Of a stretch of DNA of 64,000 nt, positions 1-11,000 are shown one piece after another. The notes below the pieces were generated by a model. The model was given only the letters and a program-made list of their open reading frames with translations. It searched no databases and had not been told where the DNA came from. The stretch comes from an uncultured cyanobacterium (GTDB lineage: Bacteria; Cyanobacteriota; Cyanobacteriia; Cyanobacteriales; CAWUOF01): contig CAVUSO010000001.1 in assembly GCA_963744145.1 (NCBI GenBank), positions 5,728,001 through 5,792,000 on the forward strand, in the 5' to 3' direction. The position numbers and the translations under genes are program-made. Every line of letters begins with the position of its first letter. The stretch's first letter is position 1.

Positions 1-24
1 AGTGGATTAAAACATCGCCATGAC

Positions 25-53
25 TCAAGGGGCGGATTGAATACGCCCCTTGA
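25..53. repeat. Short hairpin (TCAAGGGGCG...CGCCCCTTGA), REP-like or terminator
   Basis: 10-bp perfect inverted repeat with 9-nt loop. Confidence 0.45.
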
Positions 54-167
54 TACTGCTATCTTTTAGTCTCGTCGAACTGACATTGAAAGCTATAATT
101 TCAATATAACTTTATATATACTACACTTGTATTATTACTCTATCTACCCCTAAAAGGAGAAAAAATC

Positions 168-503
168 ATGTATACCATTAATCGCACCTCAACCACGGAA
201 ATGGAAGTAACTAGCATCAGACTGGAAAGAGAACTGAAGGAAAATCTCAAGGACATCGCAGGTGGTCAAGGTTATCAGGCTCTAATTCGAGATATTCTCT
301 GGAACTATGTACAACAGAAATCGGGCGACTATCGACCTCAATTTTCCCGGACCGATATCCGGGCCAGTATAGCGGCTACAGCCCAACGAGAGGAGCATTG
401 CGTTCTGACAGGGCAGTTAATTCGACCACAAGAACCGATGTTTTTAGGATTGACGATCAATGGCGATATGGTTCCCTTAAGTGTCAAAAGTTTAGTTGGT
501 TAG
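168..503 (+). CDS. Conserved hypothetical protein, possible ribbon-helix-helix N-terminus
   Basis: AAGGAG RBS upstream; VTSIRLERELKENLK...YQALIRDIL resembles RHH/CopG. Confidence 0.65.
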   Translation: MYTINRTSTTEMEVTSIRLERELKENLKDIAGGQGYQALIRDILWNYVQQKSGDYRPQFSRTDIRASIAATAQREEHCVLTGQLIRPQEPMFLGLTINGDMVPLSVKSLVG

Positions 504-621
504 TCAGCCTTAATAATTTTCAAGTAGCCATCGGTATTTTTCTACCGATGGCTAAATTATTACATGAACCATTAGCCGCCATACTGAAAAATAGATCAAT
601 CAACTCAGAACAGGAAAAACC

Positions 622-1773
622 ATGCTGTTATCAAAAGGTTTTGAAGTCGAAATGTATACCGGCACACCCCAGGGAGATATTGTGGGACTGTCTGACCGGA
701 TTGTCGCTAATTTAGCAGGATTTGTGCGTGAACCTGACAACCGTAATGTCGAATACACTACAGCACCCTTATTTAGTTACGAGCGTTTATTGTGTGCTTT
801 AGTCCGTCCCAGGTTGCGTTTGCGGGAATATATCAAAACTTTAGGCAATTATACCCTAATTCCCGGCAGTACCATGTCTTTAGGTGGGAGCGATCGCTTT
901 TTTCGCTCTGATCCAGCTAATCCTTACCACACCTATATTGAGCAAACCTACGGGACAAAAGTGGTCACTTCGAGTATCCATATCAACGTTGGGATTAGTG
1001 ACCCAGAAACCCTGATGCGGGCGATTCGGCTGGTCCGGGTGGAAGCCCCACTTTATTTAGCCCTCAGTGCTGCTTCACCTTTTCTTGATGGTCAAACAAC
1101 TGGATATCATTCCACCCGTTGGCAATTATTTCCCCAAACTCCTGCCCATGTGCCACTATTTGAAAGCCATGCCCACTATATTAAATGGACAGAAGAGCAA
1201 CTAAAATTGGGCACCATGCAAAATGTTCGTCATCTCTGGTCTGCGGTTCGACCCAATGGCGATCGCCGTCCCTATGATCTCAACCGAGTGGAACTGAGAA
1301 TTACCGATTTAGTCACCGACCCGATCGCTTTACTAGCAATCATGGCTTTGTTAGAAGCTCGACTTCATCAATTAATTGACGATCCGAGTTTAGATCCTTT
1401 GGAAAAAAGTCAATTACCAGCCAGCACGCGGGCTGAAGAAATGATTGCCATCACCAAGCACAACGAAATTGCTGCGACCAAAGCTAGCTTAGATGCCCAT
1501 TTAATTCATTGGCAAGATGGCAGAACTATTTTAGCGCGGGATTGGATTTTAGAAATTTATCAAGAAGTCTGGTTAATTGCCAAAAAACGTGGTTTTAGTT
1601 GCTTCCTTTCCCCATTGAAAAAAATTCTACGGGAAGGAAATGAAGCCCAAAAATGGTTAAAGCAAAATCAAGCAGGTTTTGACCACCGCACGATTATTAT
1701 GGAAGCAATTCAGGGTATGTTTCAACAAGAACTGGATTTAGAAGATAAATTATGTCAGTTGCTGGTAGCGTGA
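622..1773 (+). CDS. gshA: Glutamate--cysteine ligase (cyanobacterial GCS2 type)
   Basis: MLLSKGFEVEMYTG start, SIHINVG, HLWSAVRPNG, NRVELRI. Confidence 0.9.
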   Translation: MLLSKGFEVEMYTGTPQGDIVGLSDRIVANLAGFVREPDNRNVEYTTAPLFSYERLLCALVRPRLRLREYIKTLGNYTLIPGSTMSLGGSDRFFRSDPANPYHTYIEQTYGTKVVTSSIHINVGISDPETLMRAIRLVRVEAPLYLALSAASPFLDGQTTGYHSTRWQLFPQTPAHVPLFESHAHYIKWTEEQLKLGTMQNVRHLWSAVRPNGDRRPYDLNRVELRITDLVTDPIALLAIMALLEARLHQLIDDPSLDPLEKSQLPASTRAEEMIAITKHNEIAATKASLDAHLIHWQDGRTILARDWILEIYQEVWLIAKKRGFSCFLSPLKKILREGNEAQKWLKQNQAGFDHRTIIMEAIQGMFQQELDLEDKLCQLLVA

Positions 1774-1965
1774 ACCCAGGTATTGAGGGATCAGGTGTAT
1801 TTTTTGCTACTAAAGTCTGCCTGGGTCACTGCTTTTGGGTGATAAGAATTTTTTATCAATTTTTATTTCCCAAGTCTGATTAAAAATTTATATCAATCGC
1901 CAGGTTTTTTTTGAGAAAATGACCAAAATTTAGGCCAAATTCTCATTTTCTTACTCTTTCAGAAT

Positions 1966-2427
1966 ATGCCAAGCGTTGTTTTAATTCATCCCCAAATTCC
2001 ACCGAATACAGGTAATATTGCCCGTACTTGCGCTGCTACAGGCACAAAATTGCATTTGGTCGGACCGATGGGGTTTGAAATTACCGATCGCTATTTAAAA
2101 CGAGCTGGTCTCGATTATTGGCCTTATGTTGACTTTTGTCACCATCAATGCTTGGCAGACTTTCAAAGTTATCATCAACAGCAAGGTGGACGTTGGATCG
2201 GTTTTAGCACTAGTGGAGTATGTAGTTATATTCGCTTTCAATTTCAAGCAAATGACTGGTTATTATTTGGCAGTGAAACTATGGGTTTACCTGCTGGAGT
2301 TCTGACTCAATGTGACGCTACCCTTTATATACCAATGAGTCAACCAGGAGTCAGAAGCTTAAATCTTTCAGTCAGTGTAGCTGTAGGACTATTTGAAGCA
2401 AGACGTCAATTAGGTGTACTTGACTAA
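1966..2427 (+). CDS. trmL: tRNA (cytidine(34)-2'-O)-methyltransferase, SpoU family
   Basis: PQIPPNTGNIARTC, RAGLDYW, FGSET.GL, RSLNLS. Confidence 0.93.
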   Translation: MPSVVLIHPQIPPNTGNIARTCAATGTKLHLVGPMGFEITDRYLKRAGLDYWPYVDFCHHQCLADFQSYHQQQGGRWIGFSTSGVCSYIRFQFQANDWLLFGSETMGLPAGVLTQCDATLYIPMSQPGVRSLNLSVSVAVGLFEARRQLGVLD

Positions 2428-3379
2428 AATTTGACTTCTGACAATGCAATTATCTACCCAAGCCAGGGATAAATTCTAGATGACATTAATTACTGAGCAG
2501 TAATAACTTTCCGAAAATTAGCCCTCTGGGGAATGCTCGCGATTGAGATTTTTAGCCATAAATTAAGGAGCGAATTTTTCCCAAGTCCTGGTCAAAATTA
2601 CCATCTAACCCTAAATCGTCAATATAGATTCCCAACGCTGAATTTGCCGATTTTTCCCCTGACCTAGTTATGCCTAATTGCTATTTGCCACAGCCATCTA
2701 GGCTAATATCAGTGATTTTTTTTACTTATCAAAATAATTAAGTATTTTTACTAAATTAATCGCTCTGGAGTTAATCATCAGTACCAAAAACTCGGTGTCT
2801 CCACCGAAAAATGACCAAAAAAAGCTGCAAACTCATCAAAACCAAAGTGGGGTATGATAAGAAATTTATATTAACGACTGACTAGGCTGAACTAATGGGA
2901 ACTATAGGTATATATCATTCTTATTTACTGTCCGGAATCGGTAAAAAGACGTTGTACTAAGCATATCAGCAACTTTTATTGCTTCAGGCAAAGATCTGTG
3001 CTTTAGTAAAAACTGGCTCATGGTACATACTTATACTGTTGTTGATCTGCTAGGAATTCGCTTACAGTCTCATCGGGTCTAAAAATATCAATAGTTATCA
3101 CTCACTATTGTTGATATCCAACTTCCCAGCTATATTATCCCAAGCTAGAAACTAGATTTTAGTGGGGCATTTACATTCATAAGCCAGGTGTGATTAATTT
3201 TTTTTGAGGAGTGTAAACTTGTCTAAATTAAAGAAAGCGGGATAATCTGGCCTAACTATATTGTCCGTCGTCATCGATGACGTAGATATATTCGAGGATG
3301 TGATTGAGATCATTGACAAGTGTGATAAAGTGATGAACTCAAGGACAGTTAATCGCTGGTCATTTTAGGAGGTCGTTTT

Positions 3380-5635
3380 TTGAAACGAGCATTTCCATAC
3401 AAGGTTAAGCCGGTTCCTACCTGTGCCGGAGCCTACGATGGCATGGAAGGACAGATTAGACAGTCGCTTCCAGAAGCAAATTATCGCAGGGTTCGCACCT
3501 CGGCGGCCATGATTGGATTGGCCATTTCGATGGGAACCTCTAGTCTACTAATTCCTGGTCAAGCTGATCCGGCGATCGCCGCGGAAAGCCAACAGGTAGC
3601 TGAGACTAATGGCCCAAAGGTAGCTCAAAATCAAGAAGTTACCAATAAAAGTACACCTGAGCTGAGACCAGTCTCAGCCCAAGTCCAATTAGAAACAACT
3701 AAAACGCAAGTAGCCAAACTAGCTCAACCTGAGTTACCCCAGGCGATCGCCAATGGTAACCAGCTCGGGTCTGAATCTGTCACTCCTGAGCAACAGCAGC
3801 TAAAAAATTCTCCGGAAAATAACACAAGTGCCGCAGGAAAAACTGAATTGCTCATCGAACAGCAATCATTACCTGCAAATAAAAGTGAAAGTTACGTCAA
3901 GCCGAATCTGAAGCTATTTGCCACCGAACCGCCACAATCAGGCGAAATCAGAGCGACAAGCGTCAATCAGCAATTAAAAACCAAGCAAGACGCTGCTCTT
4001 GATAAATTGAAAGAATCATCCAACCGGTTAAAAAATAGCCTGGCGGAGTTGAGGTCTGAGGAATACAGTTCATCCAGGTTGTCCTCCACTCAGTTAGGGG
4101 GAAAACCGACAGCCATAGAACAACCAAAACCTGTTACTCCCGCGGCTACACCAGAAGCGATCCAGCCAATTGTAGTAGAATCAGCGACCACAGTCGTAAC
4201 CAAATCGGAAAATCAAGCGCCAAATGCCGATCGGTCATTGTCAACAGTAAGCAGTCCGAAAGCAATTGGGCTAAAACTAGAAAAAACAGCCGCAGTAGTA
4301 GTACCGAGCTTGGTTCAATACCAAGTTAGTTCTGGGGATACGATTGATGAGATCGCCAACAATTATGGCGTTTCTCCACAAGAATTGGTCAAAGCAAATC
4401 ATTTGAGTGATCCAAACTGGCTCCAAGTTAATCAACCTTTGGAAATACCTCAAGATGAATCCTTAGGGCGTTTAGGATCACCGGCTCAGTCTGCACCAAA
4501 AGTTCCATCGCCAATGGCGAATGTAGCAGGAGGAACAACCCAGGCGATCGCCTTAGTCCCTGAATTAGTCAACCGGAACTCGAATTATGGTGTAACTGTA
4601 CCGACAGTAGCGACTGTAGCCAACCCAGAAAAATCAGATCGCCGAGAAATCAACAGTCAAAAACTGTCCCAGGCGATCGACAATGAGCAAGGAACGTCAT
4701 CAGCATCAGCTAAGTCCTTAGCAGAATCTGGTACAGAACCTCAAGTTATCCCCACACAAGTAAAATCTGGAGTTATTGGCCAAGATTCCCTAACCCAGAC
4801 TGGATCAGTTAACTCTGAAGCTCCTTACAATCCTTACGTGGAAAACCTCAGAGGTGAAATCCTCAAACTGCGGGAGAAATATCGAGCCCAACGTAAGAGC
4901 GATCGCACCGATTTAGATCCAGCTAGAGTTTCTGTGGTTGTACCCAAGGATGGGTCGGCTAATCAGCCGAACCTCCCACTGCAACCAGTGAACTCAGAAT
5001 TAAATCTGAAAAATTACGATCGCACTTTATCTGTTGAAAAAACCAGACAACAAGCTCGAGTTGCATCAAAATTACAACCTTTACCCAATCAAGCACCAAA
5101 TTCAACATCTCATCAGTTCCAAGCCCCATTGGTAGCGACTGGTCCTCTAGGTGTGGGTAATTACGATGCTAGTCAGCCCTTATTAGGCCAAAATGTAGCG
5201 CCAAATTTACCACCTTTGGCTCCTGCTGATACCTATTTACCCAAAAACTCAGCAATTTTTACCGGCTATATTTGGCCCGCTAAAGGGGTGTTGACTTCTG
5301 GTTTTGGCTGGCGCTGGGGCAGACTGCACGCCGGAATTGATATCGCAGCTCCGATTGGTACTCCTGTGGTCGCATCAGCTCCAGGGGTGATTACTTATGC
5401 CCGCTGGAATGATGGTGGCTATGGCAATCTAGTGGAAGTGACTCACCCAGATGGTAGCACGACTCTATATGGCCATAATGACCGGATTCTCGTCCAGGAA
5501 GGTCAAACAGTAGAACAGGGTCAAGAAATTGCGGAAATGGGCACGACTGGATATAGTACCGGTCCCCACTCCCATTTTGAAGTCCATCCACCAGGACAGG
5601 GTGCAGTTAACCCGATCGCTTTTCTACCTCGTTAA
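3380..5635 (+). CDS. LysM + M23 peptidase family protein (NlpD-like)
   Basis: LysM (YQVSSGDTIDEIANNYGVS); C-terminal M23 (HAGIDIA, YGHN, TGPHSHFE); AGGAGG before TTG start. Confidence 0.88.
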   Translation: MKRAFPYKVKPVPTCAGAYDGMEGQIRQSLPEANYRRVRTSAAMIGLAISMGTSSLLIPGQADPAIAAESQQVAETNGPKVAQNQEVTNKSTPELRPVSAQVQLETTKTQVAKLAQPELPQAIANGNQLGSESVTPEQQQLKNSPENNTSAAGKTELLIEQQSLPANKSESYVKPNLKLFATEPPQSGEIRATSVNQQLKTKQDAALDKLKESSNRLKNSLAELRSEEYSSSRLSSTQLGGKPTAIEQPKPVTPAATPEAIQPIVVESATTVVTKSENQAPNADRSLSTVSSPKAIGLKLEKTAAVVVPSLVQYQVSSGDTIDEIANNYGVSPQELVKANHLSDPNWLQVNQPLEIPQDESLGRLGSPAQSAPKVPSPMANVAGGTTQAIALVPELVNRNSNYGVTVPTVATVANPEKSDRREINSQKLSQAIDNEQGTSSASAKSLAESGTEPQVIPTQVKSGVIGQDSLTQTGSVNSEAPYNPYVENLRGEILKLREKYRAQRKSDRTDLDPARVSVVVPKDGSANQPNLPLQPVNSELNLKNYDRTLSVEKTRQQARVASKLQPLPNQAPNSTSHQFQAPLVATGPLGVGNYDASQPLLGQNVAPNLPPLAPADTYLPKNSAIFTGYIWPAKGVLTSGFGWRWGRLHAGIDIAAPIGTPVVASAPGVITYARWNDGGYGNLVEVTHPDGSTTLYGHNDRILVQEGQTVEQGQEIAEMGTTGYSTGPHSHFEVHPPGQGAVNPIAFLPR

Positions 5636-5659
5636 AGTAGCAAAAATTTCCACAAAAAT

Positions 5660-5690
5660 AGTCGGCTTCCGAACAGAAGCCGGCTTTTTC
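5660..5690 (+). terminator. Rho-independent terminator
   Basis: GTCGGCTTC-loop-GAAGCCGGC followed by T run, just after the M23 gene. Confidence 0.75.
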
Positions 5691-5790
5691 TATTTTTGGA
5701 GAAATCACGATAAAATTAGCCTCTGATCTTAACCAGTTAAATTTCACTGATTCTAGATAGTATAGTAATCTTGGTGTTCAGATTGTACTC

Positions 5791-6252
5791 ATGGCAGGGA
5801 TTTTAAAAATCAATATTATCGAAACGAGTGAAGACTTGAAAACCCTCCTGATCAAACAAACAACTGCTAGGGGTAAAGAAAGAATTCAAGCGTTGTATTT
5901 ACTGAAAATTGGTCAAGTCAAAACTCTTAAAGAGCTGTCTGTTGTCTTAGGTAGAGATCAAGCAACCATTTATCGTTGGTTTCGCAAGTATAAAGTTGAA
6001 GGGATCGATGGACTGTTAGAAGTTAAAAGAGGTCAAGGTCGAAAACCTGCGATTCCTAAAAATGTGATGGAAATACTTAAACATCGTCTGAAAGATCCGA
6101 AAGCTTTTAAAAGTTATGGTGAAATTAAATCTTGGCTGAAAGAAGAACATGATGTGGATGCTTCCTATAAAGTAGTGCATGAAGCGGTGAGATACAAATT
6201 ATCGATTAAATTAAAAAAAGGGAAAAATCACTCTCATAAAAAAGATCATTAA
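5791..6252 (+). CDS. Helix-turn-helix protein resembling IS630-family OrfA, no catalytic domain
   Basis: KERIQALYLLK...TIYRWFRKY...GRKP and winged-helix-like C-part; no DDE ORF follows. Confidence 0.65.
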   Translation: MAGILKINIIETSEDLKTLLIKQTTARGKERIQALYLLKIGQVKTLKELSVVLGRDQATIYRWFRKYKVEGIDGLLEVKRGQGRKPAIPKNVMEILKHRLKDPKAFKSYGEIKSWLKEEHDVDASYKVVHEAVRYKLSIKLKKGKNHSHKKDH

Positions 6253-6818
6253 CGATTAGATAAAAAATTTAATCCTAAAAATATAGCTGCAATTGTACCA
6301 GAAACGCAAATCTCTCTTGATGATATTTTTTCCATTACTGTCGCGATCGCGATTAATTCTATTTCCACATCTTCAGTCAGATCAAGTTTTTGGACTGTCT
6401 GTTGCTGCACATTTTCAGCCAGAAATAAATGAATTTGATTGGTATCTTTTACTGGATTATCATATAACGTCGCTAGTTTAATGATTTTTTCAGCCACATA
6501 TCCAGTTTCTTCCTGTAGTTCTCTCGCTGCTGCACCTTCTCCATTTTCTTGAGTTGGATTAAATGTACCACCAGGAAGCTCTAATAAAATTTCTGCTACT
6601 CCATGTCGATATTGACGCACAAAAACTATCTCTTGTGCTGGTGTAATGGCTAAAATTAAGGCAATATCAGGTCTAATATTGACAAAATAATCATCAATTA
6701 TCAATCCATTAGGTAACTCTAATTGATCCTGTCTAACTTTGACCCATTGATGATCAATCACAGACTGAGATTTTAAAATTTTCCATTTCCGGATCTTGGT
6801 CATGTCCTTGCAATCCAA
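6249..6818 (-). CDS. NUDIX hydrolase (ADP-ribose pyrophosphatase-like)
   Basis: Nudix box GG...AARELQEETGY; QYRH; ELP. Confidence 0.9.
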   Translation of the reverse strand: MDCKDMTKIRKWKILKSQSVIDHQWVKVRQDQLELPNGLIIDDYFVNIRPDIALILAITPAQEIVFVRQYRHGVAEILLELPGGTFNPTQENGEGAAARELQEETGYVAEKIIKLATLYDNPVKDTNQIHLFLAENVQQQTVQKLDLTEDVEIELIAIATVMEKISSREICVSGTIAAIFLGLNFLSNR

Positions 6819-6824
6819 TAGGGT

Positions 6825-8006
6825 TCAGTCATGATTGGGAGTATTGTAGTTATATATTAATTTCTGTAGGTATTGATTGGCAAAATCTTGACTAATATGT
6901 TCCTGTTCTAACCGTTTTCCGTGAAGGGATAGATGGGAATATAAAACCTGTTCTTCAGGAGTTAGATTAGGTAAGTTTTCTGGATTTGATTCTGGAACAC
7001 TGACCGCAAATTCCTGAAAAGTTTCAAAGGTTTTTAGATCCATCATTATGGAGGTAGCTTGAGGGAAATAGTGTCTAAGTTGAGAGAGAATTTTAAATCC
7101 ATCAATATCTAAATCTCCCCAATAAAAAATCGGGTTGGATGTCAGCCATTTAATAGATTTTAGGATTTGAATTGCGTATCCGCTACCAAATAGAGCAAAG
7201 CTATTTTCTAAATTAGGTAGAGTTAGAAAGTTCATTAGATTTTCAGTAATAAAGAATTGATGTTTGTTTAAGTTAAGCTGTCTGAATTCGGAAATTGGGG
7301 TACTAATGTCGGTAACTGGAAACGCATATTTAGCTTTTAAGGTTTGATCTAAAATTCTTAACCGGATGCAAGGTTCACGATATTTAAGTGAAAATCGCTT
7401 TTCAAAAACATCCTCTTTTTCATCTTCTACTGATAAAAGTAATTCATTAGGTAGAATTGCTTCTAAAAGATTGCGAATAATTCCTTTATTTTGTTCGATA
7501 AATTTAGTGTGAATCTGAATCGGTAATTCTCGAATATAAAGGTTGGGTTTTGGATGACGCTGAAAATATTGGCAAACTTTAAGTAAGTCATTCCAGCGAT
7601 CGCTATATTCAATCACTTTTTTAGGGTTTTGGTAAACCCAGTGATTCAGTTCAGGAACTTGTGAGCGAATTAATTCTAGATCTGTTTTGAATTTTGAAAA
7701 TTCTTTCTCTTTCTTGAGCAGTTTTAAGTAATCCTGTTCTGTTTCAATGCTAATCCGTTGAGGTAAAGACTGCTGTCCATACTTGTGAGTATTACGAGTT
7801 TCTAGTTCCACTGTGTAACCATAACCTAAATCCTGTTTGGACTTACTGATTAACAAAGTAACAGCTTCTCGTAGATCAAGAAAATCTTTAGGACGAGAAC
7901 CAATCTCAAACTTCTTTGGAAAAAATTGATCTCCAGTAATCACTGAAGTAAGAAATGATGGATAAAGACGTTCTGCTTTTTGTTGAATTTGCTCAGGACT
8001 AATCAT
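6825..8006 (-). CDS. jetD: Wadjet JetD, Toprim nuclease (DUF3322/DUF2220-type)
   Basis: ITEN..NF, YWGDLDIDG, RLEQE motifs; overlaps jetC. Confidence 0.88.
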   Translation of the reverse strand: MISPEQIQQKAERLYPSFLTSVITGDQFFPKKFEIGSRPKDFLDLREAVTLLISKSKQDLGYGYTVELETRNTHKYGQQSLPQRISIETEQDYLKLLKKEKEFSKFKTDLELIRSQVPELNHWVYQNPKKVIEYSDRWNDLLKVCQYFQRHPKPNLYIRELPIQIHTKFIEQNKGIIRNLLEAILPNELLLSVEDEKEDVFEKRFSLKYREPCIRLRILDQTLKAKYAFPVTDISTPISEFRQLNLNKHQFFITENLMNFLTLPNLENSFALFGSGYAIQILKSIKWLTSNPIFYWGDLDIDGFKILSQLRHYFPQATSIMMDLKTFETFQEFAVSVPESNPENLPNLTPEEQVLYSHLSLHGKRLEQEHISQDFANQYLQKLIYNYNTPNHD

Positions 8007-11000
8007 AATTTGTAATTAACATATTTGGTGATTTTTTAATTTCTTCTATGTCAGTCGAGACAATCTGTGAATAACTTCCCTCCGGGTTATTATATACAAG
8101 ATGTACGCTAGAGATATAGTTGGAAACTACATGAATTTTATCTTTTGGTGTAACAACTAAAAGTTGTAAATTTAAGTTCTTGAATAGTTCCATTGCATAA
8201 CGAGCATTATGGTCATCTGATTTACTAAAAGCTTCATCAATTACCACAAAACGGAAGGATCTACTTTTTACATTGTCTTGGGTTAAACCAAACTGATAAG
8301 CGATCGCTGATGCGAGAATAGTATAGGCTAATTTAACTTTCTGTCCACCAGATTTCCCGGATGAATCGGTATGATATTCTTTTTCTGTATTGTCTGAACG
8401 ATAGCGTTCACTCACTGAAAACTCTAGCCACTTTCGCACATCAGTTACGTTCAATGTCCATCGTTCGTCTGTTTTAAAGCGTTCAATTAAGCGGGTTTGA
8501 ATATTTTTAAATCGCACTTCATTATCTTCAGCACTATAACGAGCAACATCACCAAGACAAGCGATAATATCTTGTTTAAAGTCTTTAATTTCATGATGAC
8601 GGGTATTTTCATAACATAGTTTAATATAAGTAGAATCCGTATAATTAATTTTCTGTAAAGCTTCATTTAGCTCATCAATTCCTTCCTGAATTTCTTCTTG
8701 TTTTTTTTCTAAAGCACTCTTAAACATTGAGATTGCCATAATTACTTTCTCGTTCATCAATTGTTTAAATCTTTTTTCATGGCTCGGCAAATCATCATGC
8801 TCTATCTGGGTCTTCAACTTAAGATATTCATCCAGAAATTCAATCGCTGTTCCTAATTCTACCGTTGTTTCAGGAAAATCTTTCTTAAAATTGAGCATTC
8901 GCATCGTCAATGCACTACGGGATTCATTCAGCTCTCGCTCGATTTGGCGAAGTTGTTGTTGAATGTATTCCGACAAGTCTTTCTCATCTTGATCAATCGT
9001 TTCTATTGTCATCTTATATCGTCTAAGTTTTGGTGCCATGCGGTTCGCAAATTCATAAATATCTGAATCTCTAACTGATTGCAGTTTGATTTCACAATGT
9101 TTCTGCTCAGTTTGAGCTTTGGATTGTCGATCTTTAAGAGTCTGACTTTCTCTAATTAATGCTATGCGTCGTTGATCAGCTTGAGCAATTTCTTCCTGAG
9201 TTGACTTAAGTTGTGCTTCTAACTGCTTAAGATGATCGGAACTAGCTTCTAGCTGCTGCTTTTGCTCCTGAAGTTTAAGTCGATCAAGTTCTACCGATCG
9301 CCAATCAATTTCGCTGAAGTCAGTAAATTTCATTAAATCTTGCAACCATGATCTTTTCTCATACTGCTGATTAATCTGACCCTTCAATAATTTAACTTCG
9401 TTGTCAATTTGAGCAAGTTGTTGATTAACCTGACTCAATTGATCCTCTAACGCTTTAATTTTACTAGCATTATTCCAACCTAGAATATATTTACTGCGAT
9501 CGTCAATCGCAGATCGGTCATCTTTTTCGTGGCGATCGCCGCCATGTTTAATTAGTCCATTGCTCGTAATTGCGCGACTCTCATGCTGTAACTGTTCTTC
9601 TGAATCACAACAGACATAATTAAAATCATGCACCAATCGATCGCGTAACCAATGGGAAAATATACCATTATCTTTCTTGATTTCTAATTTGGAGGGAACC
9701 CGATTGGATTCAAGAGCGCGTTGGGTTGGATTGGGAGTTGAAGTAGTAACATGATAATAAACTAAACGTCGTCCCTTGAAATAAGTTTGATTTACATACT
9801 TATTCACTGCTTGATAATGTTCTTTGGGCACAAGAATTCTTAACCCAAAGCTTCGGAGTAATCGCTCGATCGCACCTTCCCATTCCTGTGCTTCTTCACG
9901 GATTTGTAAGAGTTCACCAATAAATGGAAGTTTAGTTTCATCCAAATTTAAGTGCCGGACAATGCGATCGCGGATATCTAAATCAGCTTTAGGAATTTGG
10001 CTTCTGCGATTACGCAGTGATGTTAACTCATCCTTAAATGTAGCCGCTTGTTTCGTCAGATCACTGTGTCGCGGAATTTGTTGATCTTTTTGTTCTTCTA
10101 ATGTTTGTAACGCTGTATCAATTTCATCCTTAAGTTTCTCCCCCTGTGTTATGTTAGCGAAGAATGTGGTACTATCATTGTAATGAGTAAGTTTCAGGAG
10201 TTGGGTGAGGCGATCATAATCCTTTGCCTGACGCTGTTTACCATTCACCTCCTTTTGGCGTTGCTCAATCTCCCGTGTAAGTTCCTGTAAGCGTTGCCCA
10301 ACACTATCCTGCTTGATAGCAGAGTATAACTGTTTTTCCTGTTCACGTAGTTCTAATATGCGGTTCTCCCTTTCAGCTATCTCATGTTGCTTTTCAGTCA
10401 GATATTGTTCAATTTTTTGCAGTTCTTGAGTTAATAAATCAAGCCTCTTTCTAGCGAAGAAAGCAGGAGCAGCATTTTTATATTGCTGAAAATCTGCAAC
10501 TGTATTTTTCAGATTTGTATGTTTTTCTGCTTCTTCTGTCAGTGGTAAAAGTGCCTCTAACTGTTTTCGTGCTTTCTGAATTGCAGTATGGGAAATGTTT
10601 AAGTTCTCATAACTTTCTTGCAACTCACGAATTTTTGTTTGCACATCCATTTTTTCCAACATATGATTACGAACAAAATCATTTAATCCACCAATTTCTT
10701 TGATAGTTACCGTTTGATTGAACAAATCTAATGCTTTTTCGGATTGTAGACCAAAACGTTTGCGAAACTGCTGGCTATACTTCACAAATTCATCAAAGGT
10801 TTCTGCACCGAGCGATTTCAGTTGTTTCTTTAAGTTTGGAATGTCATTAGATTGGGTGAAATGGGAGGTAATTGTTAACTCAATATCTGCAACAACAAAA
10901 AACTTTCGTACTGAACCATCTTGCATCCATAGCACCTGTGCTAATGTCACATCTTGTTTAATCACGCGATCGCTAAAATAAGCAAGCAGTACCGAAAACT

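Noticed and set aside
1..45. GTGGATTAAAAC / GGATTGAATAC resembling CRISPR repeat 3' ends
   Set aside because: Only two short imperfect matches at the window edge with the wrong spacing; cannot be supported
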